From a virus (Duplodnaviria > Caudoviricetes), in IMG/VR virus record IMGVR_UViG_2585427684_000001, positions 6,736 to 70,735 of that record: a stretch of 64,000 nucleotides of DNA. One strand, written 5' to 3'. The notes beneath the pieces were generated by a model that saw nothing but the letters and a program-made list of their open reading frames with translations, was not told the origin of the DNA and made no database searches. Below are positions 17,232 through 27,490 of this stretch, in pieces. Position 1 is the first letter of the stretch. Every line of letters starts with the position of its first letter. A program made the translations under genes and the position numbers.

Positions 17232-18534
17232 CTCACTCACGCGGGCGCTGGGCGCTGCAGCCAGTCGGCCCAGGGCGAGTATCAGCGACTGGGTGGGCCA
17301 GAAAATCCGGCTAAGCGACGGTGGCTTCTGGAGCAGCTTCATTGGCGCCCAGTCCAGCAGTGGCAAGTCGGTCACCGTCGACAAGGCCATGCGGCTCTCG
17401 GCGGTTTGGGCGTGCGTGCGGATCATCTCCACCTCGGTTGCCGGTCTGCCGCTGAACATCTATCGCCGCCTGCCTGATGGCGGGCGCGAAAACGCCAGGG
17501 ATTTCCGTCTGTACGACGTGCTCCACACCAGCCCGAACGAGGACATGGCCGCCTTCCAGTTCTGGCAGTCAGTGGTAGCGTCGATGCTGCTGTGGGGCAA
17601 TGCCTACTGCGAGATTCACCGGGCCGGCGGCCGGGTTATTGCGCTGGACTTTTTGATGCCATCGCGAGTGACGCCCGAGCCTGATGATAATGGTCGGCTG
17701 CGTTACTTCTTCCAGCCGCGAAAGGGCGCCCGGCGAGAGATCGAGCGGGCAGACATGCTGCACATTCCGGCGTTCACGCTGGACGGTCGGATGGGCATGT
17801 CGGCAATCCGCTATGGGGCAGATGTCTTCGGCTCCGCCATGTCGGCGGACGATGCGGCCAACAGTACATTCAAGAACGGCATGATGCCGACTGTAGGCTT
17901 TTCGGTTAATCGCACCCTCACACCCGCCCAGCGCGCGGATTTTCGTGAGTATGTGAAGACCATCAGCGGCGCGCTCAATGCAGGCAAGAGCCCTGTCTTC
18001 GAAGATGGTGTGAAGCCTGAGCAGTTGGGCATCAATCCTGCTGATGCTCAGTTGCTGGAGTCCCGCGGGCACAGCGTCGAGGAAATCTGCCGGTGGTTTG
18101 GCGTGCCGCCCTGGATGGTGATGAAGACCGACAAGGGCAGCAACTGGGGCACCGGTCTGGAGCAGCAGCAGATCGCGTTTCTGACCTACTGCATCATGTC
18201 CTACACCGCGCCGATCGAGCAGTGCATCAACAAGTTCTGCCTGACGGCAACCGACCGCATCAACTATTACGCCGAGTACTCCTTGGAAGCGTTCCTGCGC
18301 GCCGACAGCGCCGGCCGCGCCGCCTACCTCAGCACCATGGGCCAGAACGGCTACATGACCCGCAACGAAGGGCGCCGCAAAGAAAACCTGCCAAGCATGC
18401 CAGGCGGCGACGTGCTGACGGTGCAGTCCAACCTGGTGCCGCTGGACCAGCTCGGCAAGCAGGACACCCAGGAAGCCGCCCGCAACGCTTTGAAGAACTG
18501 GCTCGGCGAGTCGAGCAACGCCTCTCAGGAGTAA
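17224..18534 (+). CDS. Portal protein, HK97 family
   Basis: AVWACVRII, PNEDM, LWGNAY, EICRWFGVPP. Confidence 0.95.
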   Translation: MANSLTRALGAAASRPRASISDWVGQKIRLSDGGFWSSFIGAQSSSGKSVTVDKAMRLSAVWACVRIISTSVAGLPLNIYRRLPDGGRENARDFRLYDVLHTSPNEDMAAFQFWQSVVASMLLWGNAYCEIHRAGGRVIALDFLMPSRVTPEPDDNGRLRYFFQPRKGARREIERADMLHIPAFTLDGRMGMSAIRYGADVFGSAMSADDAANSTFKNGMMPTVGFSVNRTLTPAQRADFREYVKTISGALNAGKSPVFEDGVKPEQLGINPADAQLLESRGHSVEEICRWFGVPPWMVMKTDKGSNWGTGLEQQQIAFLTYCIMSYTAPIEQCINKFCLTATDRINYYAEYSLEAFLRADSAGRAAYLSTMGQNGYMTRNEGRRKENLPSMPGGDVLTVQSNLVPLDQLGKQDTQEAARNALKNWLGESSNASQE

Positions 18535-18537
18535 CCC

Positions 18538-19395
18538 ATGAAGCACAAGATCCAATCTCGTGGCCTGCGCAGCGAGGTGAGCCCGCGCGCGCTCGACAAA
18601 TGGAACCCGGCGATCCAAGCGGCCGTCGAGAATACCTCCGACACAATCACCGTGTACGGCGTGATCGGTGAGGACTGGTACGGCGAGGGTGTGACCCTCA
18701 AGCGAATCGACGCTGCGCTTCGCGCTATCGGTGAAAAAGATGTGACCGTTTACATTAACTCGCCCGGCGGCGATATGTTCGAAGGCATCGCCATCTACAA
18801 CCGCCTGCTCGAGCACAGCCACAAGGTCACCACCAAGGTGCTCGGCATGGCGGCCAGCGCCGCGTCAATCATCTACCTGGCCGGTGCCGAGCGCCAAGTC
18901 GCTAGCAGCGCCTTCCTGATGATCCACAACTGCTGGACCTTCCTTGCCGGCAATCGCCACTACCTGCGCGACGTGTCGGACGACATGGAAGAGTTTGACG
19001 CTGCCATGAGCGATCTGTACGCCGAGACCAGCGGCCAGACGCCCGAAAGCATGGCGGAGCTGATGGATGACGAGACGTTCATCCGTGGCAAGCGTGCCGT
19101 AGAGCTGGGCCTGGCCACCAGCATCCTGGCTGCGGGCGAGGTCACCGAGCGCGAAACCGAAGAATCTACTCAAGCCAATGCGCTGAAAGCCATGGATACG
19201 GCCCTTGCCAAAGCCGGCATGCCCCGGTCCGAGCGCCGCGAATTGTTCGCCAATTTCAAGTCCAGCATGCCTCGCGCTGCTGGCGGGGGTACGCGTAACG
19301 CTGCCCCGACCGACAAGCCGAACGCTGTCGCGCCAGACCTCTCCGCCTCACTGAGCGCGGCAACCAATCTCTTGAACTCTCTGAAAGGTAAATGA
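18538..19395 (+). CDS. ClpP-like head maturation protease
   Basis: YINSPGGD, AASAAS, MIHN. Confidence 0.93.
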   Translation: MKHKIQSRGLRSEVSPRALDKWNPAIQAAVENTSDTITVYGVIGEDWYGEGVTLKRIDAALRAIGEKDVTVYINSPGGDMFEGIAIYNRLLEHSHKVTTKVLGMAASAASIIYLAGAERQVASSAFLMIHNCWTFLAGNRHYLRDVSDDMEEFDAAMSDLYAETSGQTPESMAELMDDETFIRGKRAVELGLATSILAAGEVTERETEESTQANALKAMDTALAKAGMPRSERRELFANFKSSMPRAAGGGTRNAAPTDKPNAVAPDLSASLSAATNLLNSLKGK

Positions 19396-20585
19396 CCGTG
19401 GACTATGAAGCCCAAGTCAAGGAAATCAACGCCGCCCTCAAGGGGATCGGCGACCAAATCAAAAGCCAGGCCGAGGCAACCGAAAAGCAAATCAAGGCCT
19501 CCGGCGCGATGAGCGAAGAAACCCGCGCCAAGGTGGACGAGTTGCTCACTAAGCAGGGTGAGCTGAACGCGCGCCTGGGCGAAGCCGAGCAGAAACTCGT
19601 CAACGCCAGCCGTGGCCAGCAGCATCAGGAAGAGCCGCAGAAGTCGGTGGGCGCCCTGGTAATTGAGAGCGAAGAGATGAAGGACATGAACTCGTCCTTC
19701 CGCGGCTCCCGCCGGGTATCGGTTCCTCGCGCCGCGATCACTACTGCCACCGGCGGTAGCCTGGTCGCGCCTCAGCGCCTGGACACCATTGCCGCGCCGC
19801 CTCCGCGCCGTCTGACCATCCGCGATCTGGTGGCGCCCGGTACCACCGAGTCGAACTCGATCGAGTACATCCGCGAAACCGGCTTCACCAACAATGCGCG
19901 CACGGTTGCGGAAAACACGGCCAAGCCGTATTCCGATCTGACCTTCGCACTGGCCACTGCCAATGTGCGCACCATCGCGCATCTGTTCAAGGCCAGCCGT
20001 CAGATGCTCGACGACGCCAAGGCACTGCAGAGCTATATCGACGGCCGCGCCCGCTACGGCCTGATGATGGCCGAGGAAGCCCAGCTGCTGTACGGCAGCG
20101 GTACCGGCGCCAACCTGCAAGGGCTCATGACCGTCGCTCAGTTGTACGCCGCGCCCACTGGTGTGACCGTGGTCGGCGAGCAACGAATCGACCGCCTGCG
20201 CTTGGCGCTGCTGCAGGCCGAGCTGGCCGAGTTCCCATCGGACGGCATCGTGCTCAACCCCATCGACTGGGCGGCGATCGAGCTGACCAAGGACGGTGAG
20301 GGCCGCTACATCATCGGCCAGCCGCAGGACGGCACCACGCCGCGCCTGTGGAACCGTCCCGTCGTCTCCACCCAGGCCATGACTCAGGACGACTTCTTGG
20401 TCGGCGCTTTCAAGCTAGGCGCGCAGATCTACGACCGCATGGAAATCGAGGTGCTGATCTCGACCGAGAACGACAAGGACTTCGAAAACAACATGGCGAC
20501 CATCCGTGCTGAAGAGCGCCTGGCCTTCGCCATCTACCGAGACGAGGCGTTCGTTACCGGTCCGCTGACTGGCACCAAGCCTTAA
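19392..20585 (+). CDS. Major capsid protein, HK97 fold
   Basis: Coiled-coil delta domain, RLTIRDL, IRAEERLA. Confidence 0.95.
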   Translation: MTVDYEAQVKEINAALKGIGDQIKSQAEATEKQIKASGAMSEETRAKVDELLTKQGELNARLGEAEQKLVNASRGQQHQEEPQKSVGALVIESEEMKDMNSSFRGSRRVSVPRAAITTATGGSLVAPQRLDTIAAPPPRRLTIRDLVAPGTTESNSIEYIRETGFTNNARTVAENTAKPYSDLTFALATANVRTIAHLFKASRQMLDDAKALQSYIDGRARYGLMMAEEAQLLYGSGTGANLQGLMTVAQLYAAPTGVTVVGEQRIDRLRLALLQAELAEFPSDGIVLNPIDWAAIELTKDGEGRYIIGQPQDGTTPRLWNRPVVSTQAMTQDDFLVGAFKLGAQIYDRMEIEVLISTENDKDFENNMATIRAEERLAFAIYRDEAFVTGPLTGTKP

Positions 20586-20633
20586 CTGACCATGTTCATG
20601 GCGCCAGCAATGGCGCCACACAGGAGCGACCCC

Positions 20634-21143
20634 ATGGCTAGTACCAAGAAGCAGGACAAGCCCACCCCGGTACCGGAACAGGCTGCTGCAACCGTAACTG
20701 ACCACACCTTGAATACGCCCGAAATCAGCGGGGCTGCCACTGCTGATCCGGCTGCGGGTGGCACCGCAATCACTCCGGCCAGCGCAGGTACGGGCACTGA
20801 CGAAACGCAGGAAGCGGGCGGCTCGGGGGCAGATTCGCCAGTACAGCTGGCGCCGACGGTTACTTCGACCGAGGATGCTGCAACCGCCGCTTCCTCCCCG
20901 GGGCGCCCAGCCCAGGCTGGCGACGAGTCGCATGACTCCTCCAAAACAACAGGGCCGAACGAAACTGCCTCGAGCGTTTCAGTAGAGCTGAATCCCGCCA
21001 AGGTCCAGGTGTATCCGCTTCGCTCGTTTATGGACGAAGGTGAGCTGCGCCGCCGCGGCGGGCCGAGCTACCTGGTACCGCGGCTTCACGCAGAAGACCT
21101 CGAGCGCCGCAATCTGGTATCGCGTACTCCACTGGAGGAGTGA
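20634..21143 (+). CDS. Head-region hypothetical protein with long A/T/P/G-rich N-terminus
   Basis: Low-complexity first ~115 aa; compact C-terminal VYPLRSFMD..LERRNLV. Confidence 0.65.
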   Translation: MASTKKQDKPTPVPEQAAATVTDHTLNTPEISGAATADPAAGGTAITPASAGTGTDETQEAGGSGADSPVQLAPTVTSTEDAATAASSPGRPAQAGDESHDSSKTTGPNETASSVSVELNPAKVQVYPLRSFMDEGELRRRGGPSYLVPRLHAEDLERRNLVSRTPLEE

Positions 21144-21146
21144 GCC

Positions 21147-21623
21147 ATGTCAGTGATCGATATCGAAATGGCCATGCACCACCTGCTAGCCGAACCTGAC
21201 GACCAAGTGCTGGTGCAGACGCAGCTCGATGCGTCGGAAGAGGCAGCCATGCAGTTCCTCAACCGCCGTTTCTACCTCGACCAGGTGGCGCTCGACTCGG
21301 CTCGCGCTGGTGTACCAGCGGCAATGCAGCAAGCCAAGGAAGCGAACGCAGCCGCCGTAGCTGCCGCTGAGGCGGAGCAGGACCACACCCTTCGCTGCCG
21401 TCAGCTTGAATACGCAAGGAAGGCACTGGCGGACGCCTACGACGTGGCGGATTCCATCGCCTATGGCATGGTGCTGAACCCTGCCATTCAGGCGGCTTGC
21501 CTGCTCAAACTGGGCCACTTATTCGCCAACCGCGAGGAGGTGGTCACCGGCACGATCGCCACTGAGCTGCCTCTGGCGTCCCAGCACCTACTGATGCCCT
21601 ACCGCATCCGGATGGGTGTGTGA
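21147..21623 (+). CDS. Head-tail connector (gp6-like)
   Basis: IQAACLLKLGHLFANRE..LLMPYR. Confidence 0.9.
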   Translation: MSVIDIEMAMHHLLAEPDDQVLVQTQLDASEEAAMQFLNRRFYLDQVALDSARAGVPAAMQQAKEANAAAVAAAEAEQDHTLRCRQLEYARKALADAYDVADSIAYGMVLNPAIQAACLLKLGHLFANREEVVTGTIATELPLASQHLLMPYRIRMGV

Positions 21624-21964
21624 TGCAGGCTGGTAGGCTGCGGCACCGTATCGACATTCAGGAACTGCGACCGGTGCGTGACCCGGTGACCCTGGAGTTC
21701 GGTGAACCTGAATGGGTGACCCGCTGGGGGAAATGCCCGGCCAGTGTCGAAGACCTGTCGGCCAGAGACTTCATCGCGGCGCAGGCCGGCCAGGCGCAGG
21801 CCACCGGCCGCATGGTGATCCGTTACCGCCCGGGCGTGCTCCCTACCATGCGCATCCTGTACCGGGGCGATGTATATAGCATCGTCGGCCCACCCTTGGC
21901 TGACGCCAAGACCGGGCTGGACTACTTGACGATTTTGGTCGAGAAGGGGGTGAAGGATGGTTGA
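21620..21964 (+). CDS. Head closure protein
   Basis: AGRLRHRIDIQ, IRYRPGV..MRI. Confidence 0.9.
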   Translation: MMQAGRLRHRIDIQELRPVRDPVTLEFGEPEWVTRWGKCPASVEDLSARDFIAAQAGQAQATGRMVIRYRPGVLPTMRILYRGDVYSIVGPPLADAKTGLDYLTILVEKGVKDG

Positions 21965-22445
21965 CGGTGTCGAGTTCTCTATCACTGGCCTGGATAGTCT
22001 GCTCGGCAAACTGGATGCCGTCAGCTACGACATTCGCCGCAAGGGTGGACGGGCAGCGCTGAGGAAGGCTGCCCAAGTGGTGGTGCAAAAGGCCAAGGCC
22101 GGCGCCGAGCGCATTGATGACAAGGCTACTGGCCGCTCGATTGCGGACAACATCGTGCTGCGCTGGAACGGGCGGCTGTTCAAGCGCACCGGCGACTTGG
22201 GTTTCCGTGTCGGAGTGCTACACGGCGCGGTGCTCAAGAATGGCGGGGACTTGAGCCAGAATGCCCCGACCCCTCACTGGCGATTGCTTGAGTTTGGCAC
22301 CGAGAGTATGGCTGCAGTGCCGTTCATGCGGCCGGCCTTGGCCAACAGCATCAGCGAGGTGACCAACACTTTCGTCACCGAGTACGAGAAGTCGATTGAC
22401 CGCGCTATCCGGCGCGCTGCGAAGAAGAAGGCGGCATCCTCATGA
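21957..22445 (+). CDS. HK97 gp10-family tail completion protein
   Basis: WRLLEFGT..PFMRPA. Confidence 0.9.
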   Translation: MVDGVEFSITGLDSLLGKLDAVSYDIRRKGGRAALRKAAQVVVQKAKAGAERIDDKATGRSIADNIVLRWNGRLFKRTGDLGFRVGVLHGAVLKNGGDLSQNAPTPHWRLLEFGTESMAAVPFMRPALANSISEVTNTFVTEYEKSIDRAIRRAAKKKAASS

Positions 22446-22810
22446 CACCACCAATCGTTGAGGCCTGCGCCGCGAGTGCTGCCGTGACGGCTTTGCTCGG
22501 GGCGGGGGTGGACATGCGCCTTTACTCGTTCGGCGAGGCCGAGGAGGGCGTGGCCAAGCCATACGCGGTCTGGCAGTTGATCACCGGTGACCCCGAGAAC
22601 TACCTGGCTGGCCGGCCGGATGTCGACAGCTTCACGCTGCAGGTCGATATCTACGGCACGACCGGTACCTCTGTCCGGAGCGTGCGAGACGCCATCCGGG
22701 ACGCTATCGAGCTGCAGGCCAACATCACCCGGTGGGGCGGCGAGAGCCGAGACCCCACCACCAAGAACTACCGAACCAGCTTCGACGTGGACTGGATAGT
22801 CCGCCGTTGA
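22442..22810 (+). CDS. Tail terminator (DUF3168-like)
   Basis: PYAVWQ..LQVDIY; position before the tail tube. Confidence 0.82.
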   Translation: MTPPIVEACAASAAVTALLGAGVDMRLYSFGEAEEGVAKPYAVWQLITGDPENYLAGRPDVDSFTLQVDIYGTTGTSVRSVRDAIRDAIELQANITRWGGESRDPTTKNYRTSFDVDWIVRR

Positions 22811-22862
22811 GCCAACCAGGCCCGCCAAGTGCGGCCATTTCTTTGCCCGACAGGAGACCACC

Positions 22863-23378
22863 ATGTCGATTTTGACTCAAGGCACCCAGGTATTCGCACT
22901 GGTACCACCCGTGACCGGCACCGGCCCGCTGACGGTGATGGAGGTGGAGTGCGCCACCGCGTTCAACCCGGGCGGCGCTCCAAAAGAGCAAATCGAGGAT
23001 ACCTGCCTCAGTTCGCGGGAGCGGTCCTATAAGCCGGGTCTTCGAACCCCTGGACAGGCATCTCTGACCATCAACGCTGATCCCAACAGCCCGAGCCATA
23101 TCCGCCTGCACCAGCTATCTGAGGCTGATGGTGATTCTACCGTGCGCTGGGCTGTAGGCTGGTCTGACGGACCATTGAATGCTGCAGGGAAACCAACCGC
23201 CCTCCCAACGCTCAATGCGAACAAAGACGACTTCGAGCTGCCCACCAGCCGCACTTGGTATGTGTTCGAGGGGTACGTAGCTGACTTCCCATTCGATTTT
23301 GCTGCCAATGCCGTAGTAAGCACCGCAGTTTCAATCCAGCGCTCGGGCGGTTCCGCCTGGATCAAGAAATCGACCTGA
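22863..23378 (+). CDS. Major tail (tube) protein
   Basis: IEDTCLS..GLRTPG..FPFDF..SIQRSG. Confidence 0.88.
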   Translation: MSILTQGTQVFALVPPVTGTGPLTVMEVECATAFNPGGAPKEQIEDTCLSSRERSYKPGLRTPGQASLTINADPNSPSHIRLHQLSEADGDSTVRWAVGWSDGPLNAAGKPTALPTLNANKDDFELPTSRTWYVFEGYVADFPFDFAANAVVSTAVSIQRSGGSAWIKKST

Positions 23379-23386
23379 GGTAGACC

Positions 23387-23854
23387 ATGAAGCTCAACAT
23401 CGAAAGCCTGCGCCAGGCTGGGTCGTTCACCGGCCGGCCTGTCCAGAAAGAAGTCCAGTGGCGCCAGGGCGATGACATGATCACCGCCACGGTGTTCGTT
23501 CGCCCACTCGGCTACCAGAGCGCGGTCAGCGACGTGCTCGCCGCCGGCGGCAAGCAGGACAGCATCGCCGGGCGGATCGCTGCCGCCATCTGCGACGAAG
23601 AAGGTAACCCGGTGTTCACCGCGCTGGACATCACACATGGCCCGCTGGACACCGCCGAGCTGGCCAAAGACCCGGACAGCACCAAGCGCATGGGCGCGCT
23701 GGACGGCAACCTCACCGTGGCGCTGCTCACCGCCATCCATGAGGTCAACAACCTGGGAAAGACGACGAGCTCACCGCCCTCGATGAGTTCTGGCATGAGC
23801 TCGTCCTCGCCGGGGTCGGTGGCCGCACCATCGCGCAAGCGCAAGAAAACCTGA
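23387..23854 (+). CDS. Tail assembly chaperone (gpG-like)
   Basis: Between tube and TMP; contains slippery GGGAAAG. Confidence 0.85.
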   Translation: MKLNIESLRQAGSFTGRPVQKEVQWRQGDDMITATVFVRPLGYQSAVSDVLAAGGKQDSIAGRIAAAICDEEGNPVFTALDITHGPLDTAELAKDPDSTKRMGALDGNLTVALLTAIHEVNNLGKTTSSPPSMSSGMSSSSPGSVAAPSRKRKKT

Positions 23855-24075
23855 GCCTGCGCGAGTTCCACTCATGGCTGAAGTTCAGGGAGCGGCGGGG
23901 GTCGTTCCACCTCGGCATGAGGGTGGAGCGCGGCGTGGCGCTGCTGGCTTCGATTCTCGCGAACCAGGGTCGTGACCCGCAGCGCCGGCCTGAACCCTTC
24001 ACGCCTGCGGACTTTACCCCTCACGAAGATCGCTTGCCGGTCAGTCTGGAGCAGGCAATGGAGCAATGGGTGTGA
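23755..24075 (+). CDS. -1 frameshift extension (gpGT-like)
   Basis: GGGAAAG at 23755-23761; -1 frame open for 104 codons (DDELTALDEFWHELV..AMEQWV) to TGA 24073-24075. Confidence 0.8.
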   Translation, partial: GKDDELTALDEFWHELVLAGVGGRTIAQAQENLSLREFHSWLKFRERRGSFHLGMRVERGVALLASILANQGRDPQRRPEPFTPADFTPHEDRLPVSLEQAMEQWV

Positions 24076-24143
24076 CGCCTAGCCCTATGGCCTTATGCCG
24101 TCGGATGTTAGATTGCCCTAATTTTCAGGGAGGGTGGCTAACC

Positions 24144-24497
24144 ATGGCAGCTGATGTGAATACTTACATGGGCATAGGCACGACTGTAACTGCGGCGCTG
24201 ATCTACTTTACCCCGGCAGTCATCGCATGGATCCGGCGGCACCCGAATCGTGTTTCGATATTTTTGCTCAACCTGATGCTCGGGTGGACATTCATTGGAT
24301 GGCTCGTTGCTCTTATTTGGTCGGCGTCAGCAATTAGGCGGCGGTCCATTGATGAGCCCTCAAACTATCCGGGCCCGCCACCTACAGATAACGACAGCTA
24401 CCGAAAACTCGAACAGCTGGCCGATCTTAAGGAGCGCGGTCATTTGACCCAAGATGAATTCGACGAAGAAAAGCGTAGAGTTCTGAAGGACAGATAG
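24144..24497 (+). CDS. Superinfection immunity protein (T4 Imm-like) with SHOCT-like tail
   Basis: YFTPAVIAWIRRH..IFLLNLMLGWTFIGWLVALIWS; LEQLADLKERGHLTQDEFDEEKRRVL. Confidence 0.88.
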   Translation: MAADVNTYMGIGTTVTAALIYFTPAVIAWIRRHPNRVSIFLLNLMLGWTFIGWLVALIWSASAIRRRSIDEPSNYPGPPPTDNDSYRKLEQLADLKERGHLTQDEFDEEKRRVLKDR

Positions 24498-24512
24498 CCA
24501 AATAAGCAACGA

Positions 24513-24535
24513 GCCCGCTGACGCGGGCTTTTTTT
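24513..24535 (+). terminator. Terminator after imm
   Basis: GCCCGC-tgac-GCGGGC-T7. Confidence 0.8.
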
Positions 24536-24550
24536 CGCCTGGAGGAAAGC

Positions 24551-27109
24551 ATGGCGAGCCGTTCTCTTGGCACATTGACTCTCGACCTGATCGCGAGGAT
24601 TGGCGGTTTCACCGGCCCGATGGACAAGGCCGGGCGCGAAACACAGAAGCAGATGGCAGAGATACGCAAGCACGCTGAGCGGCTGGGAACAGCCGTAGGT
24701 GCTACTTTCGCTGCCATTCCTGCTGTGGTGGCTGGCTTGGTGACCAGCTCCGCAGCCGCTGCGAAAGAGCTATCGAATCTGTCAGCACTTGCTGGCCTAA
24801 ATACAACAGAGTTCCAGCGTTATGCCGCTGCCGCAGCTTCCGTAGGTGTGCAGCAGGATAAGCTTTCAGACATCTTCAAGGATACCAACGACAAAGTTGG
24901 AGACTTCCTTGCAACCGGCGGGGGCGAACTCAAAAACTTCTTCGAAACGGTAGCACCGAAAGTTGGCGTCACAGCAGACCAGTTTCGCAAGCTGAACAGC
25001 GCGGATGCCCTACAGCTGTACGTCAGTAGTCTGCAGAAGGCTAACGTTAGCCAAGCGCAAATGACCTTCTTCATGGAGGCGATCGCTGACGAGGCTACAG
25101 CCTTGGTGCCGCTCTTGGCTGACGGGGGTAAGAAATTCAAAGAGCTTGGTGATGCCGCGCAATCTGCCGGCATGATTATGGATGAGCAGACGATTGGCGC
25201 CGCTCAACAGTTTAGCGCTGAACTGACTATTATCGGTCAGTACGCCAACTCGGCGAAGACCGCACTGGCTGCCGAATTCATGCCAGTATTGGCGCAGTTG
25301 GCCCAGGATCTTGCTGATACGTCCAAAGAGGCTGGCGGCCTGAGAAATGTTGTGCATGAATTCGCTGAGGACTTGATTGAGGTCACCGCAGTCACTGCAA
25401 GCCTTGCCGATGGCACAAGTCGAGCTTTCACGATTGTTGCCGGTACTATCGCCAGTGGCTTTGCCACGACAATGGCTTATCTGCAAAGCATTGGTGCAAC
25501 AGCCAACACCCTCCTAGGCGCCGTTACGTTTGGCGATATGTCGAAGGATTTCAAGGCAAGTGCCGCGAAGTTGACGGCTGACGCAATTGATCACTCTCGC
25601 ACTGCAGGAATGATAGCCGCAGATCTGGCCGATGAGTTCAACAAGCCGTGGTCTGGTGACGTCATTCGCGAGTACGTAAAGGAAGCGCGAAAGGCAGCAT
25701 CCGAACTGCCCAAAATAGTACCAGTCGGTAATGGAAAAGCCGGGGTTATAGGTCAAACCGATGCACAGAAGGCAGCTGCCAAGGCTGCCGAGGCTGCGGC
25801 CAAGAAGCTCAACCAGGCTTTCGAAACAACGGAAGAGAACTACAAGCGCCAGATTGAGCTGATCAACACCTCGACCGACAAGCGCAAAGACGCGACCGAG
25901 GTTGAGAAGCTGGCATTCGAGGTCTCGAGCGGCAAGCTTGATGGCATCAACGACAAGCAGCGCAAACGCCTGGAAGGCTTGGCAGCTGAGCTCGACGCCC
26001 TGAAGAAGATCAAGCACGCCGAGGAAGACGCCAAAAAGCTCGCGGCCTTCAAATCAAGCGCCAACGAGGACTATCTGAGCGCCAAGAATGGATTCGACTT
26101 GGAGCTCGCTGGCGCAGGTCGCGGCGACAAGTACAAGGAGCGACTAAAAGAGCGTTTGGCCATCGAGGAGGATTTCAATCGCCAGCAGCGTGACCTGGTG
26201 CTGCAGCGCAACAGCGGCGATATCAGTTCCGAGCTGTACGAGCAGGAAACCGAGGCGCTGAGCGAAGCCCTTGCGCAGCGGCTGGTGCTACAGCAGGACT
26301 ACTACAACCAGGTAGACGAAGCTCGGCTCAACTGGATGGATGGAGTTACCAGTGCCTGGGAAGATTTCGCGGATGCCGCGACGGACTACTCAGCCATAGC
26401 AGCCGACGCGACTACTTCGATTCTTGGCAGTGCTCGGAGCGAGCTCAGCACGTTCATGAGCGATGTGGCCACCGGCTCCGCCGACGCTGGTGACGCGCTT
26501 ATGGACATGGTCAGCGGCTTCGCCAAGTCGATGGTCGGCGCGTTGGCAGACATGGCGGCGCAGTGGCTGGTATATCAGGCCGTCCAATTACTGGTCGGCA
26601 AAAGCACCCAGTCGGTCGCGGCCATGGGCATGGTGGCAAACGCGCAGGCGACTTCGTTCCAAGCCCAGCTGGCTGCCTATGCCTCCACTGCCGCGATCCC
26701 TATCGTCGGCCCGGCCCTGGCGCCTGGTGCGGCGATGGCCGCAGCCATGGCCACGGCACCGATGGTGGCCGGCGTGGCATCCACATCCCTCATGGGTATG
26801 GCTCACAACGGCCTCGACAACATTCCGCGAGAGGGCACCTGGCTGCTCGATGGCGGCGAGCGAGTGCTGAACCCGAACCAGAACCGCGACCTGACCCAGT
26901 ACCTGCGCAATGCGAATGACGCTGGTGCGGGCCGCGGCGGGGGCGGCGGCATCACCATCCATGCGCCGGTCACAGTCCAGGCCCAACCAGGCATGAGCGA
27001 CGATGCCGCGCGTCGTCAGGGTGAAATGATGGCCAGAGGGCTGGAGGAGCAGATGGAACAGGTGATCTACAAGGCCACTCAGCAGGGCGGAATCCTCTGG
27101 AGGAAGTGA
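24551..27109 (+). CDS. Tape measure protein
   Basis: 852 aa, Ala-rich helical; SLGTLTLDLIA start; GMAHNG..EGTWLLDGGERV. Confidence 0.95.
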   Translation: MASRSLGTLTLDLIARIGGFTGPMDKAGRETQKQMAEIRKHAERLGTAVGATFAAIPAVVAGLVTSSAAAAKELSNLSALAGLNTTEFQRYAAAAASVGVQQDKLSDIFKDTNDKVGDFLATGGGELKNFFETVAPKVGVTADQFRKLNSADALQLYVSSLQKANVSQAQMTFFMEAIADEATALVPLLADGGKKFKELGDAAQSAGMIMDEQTIGAAQQFSAELTIIGQYANSAKTALAAEFMPVLAQLAQDLADTSKEAGGLRNVVHEFAEDLIEVTAVTASLADGTSRAFTIVAGTIASGFATTMAYLQSIGATANTLLGAVTFGDMSKDFKASAAKLTADAIDHSRTAGMIAADLADEFNKPWSGDVIREYVKEARKAASELPKIVPVGNGKAGVIGQTDAQKAAAKAAEAAAKKLNQAFETTEENYKRQIELINTSTDKRKDATEVEKLAFEVSSGKLDGINDKQRKRLEGLAAELDALKKIKHAEEDAKKLAAFKSSANEDYLSAKNGFDLELAGAGRGDKYKERLKERLAIEEDFNRQQRDLVLQRNSGDISSELYEQETEALSEALAQRLVLQQDYYNQVDEARLNWMDGVTSAWEDFADAATDYSAIAADATTSILGSARSELSTFMSDVATGSADAGDALMDMVSGFAKSMVGALADMAAQWLVYQAVQLLVGKSTQSVAAMGMVANAQATSFQAQLAAYASTAAIPIVGPALAPGAAMAAAMATAPMVAGVASTSLMGMAHNGLDNIPREGTWLLDGGERVLNPNQNRDLTQYLRNANDAGAGRGGGGGITIHAPVTVQAQPGMSDDAARRQGEMMARGLEEQMEQVIYKATQQGGILWRK

Positions 27110-27456
27110 TGGCAGAAACATTCAGCTTCTGCACTCGGGTGGGTGCAACTGGCGAAATCAAGCAGCGGGTCTGGGAGAACGACTTCGGCGACGGCTACAG
27201 CCAGTCCGGTGGTACCGGAATCAACAACAAGACCCAGGAGTGGTCGCACAAGGCCGTGGGCAGCCTCGACGCTGGCCAAGAACTTCGCCTGATGCGCGAC
27301 TTCCTCGACCGGCACGAAGGCTACAAGTCGTTCTTCTGGACGCCGCCGGGCGGCACTCAGGGGCGGTACAAGGCCAACGGCTACAAGCTCGACCCGAAAG
27401 GCGCCGGGCTGTTCGAGATCAGCTTCACAATGAAGCAGACATTCACCCCTTACTGA
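27109..27456 (+). CDS. Minor tail protein M-like
   Basis: FGDGYSQ..GINN, FLDRHEGYKSFFWTPP. Confidence 0.9.
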   Translation: MAETFSFCTRVGATGEIKQRVWENDFGDGYSQSGGTGINNKTQEWSHKAVGSLDAGQELRLMRDFLDRHEGYKSFFWTPPGGTQGRYKANGYKLDPKGAGLFEISFTMKQTFTPY

Positions 27457-27490
27457 CCCCGCGCTGCGGGGTTTTTCTTTTTGAGGCCCC

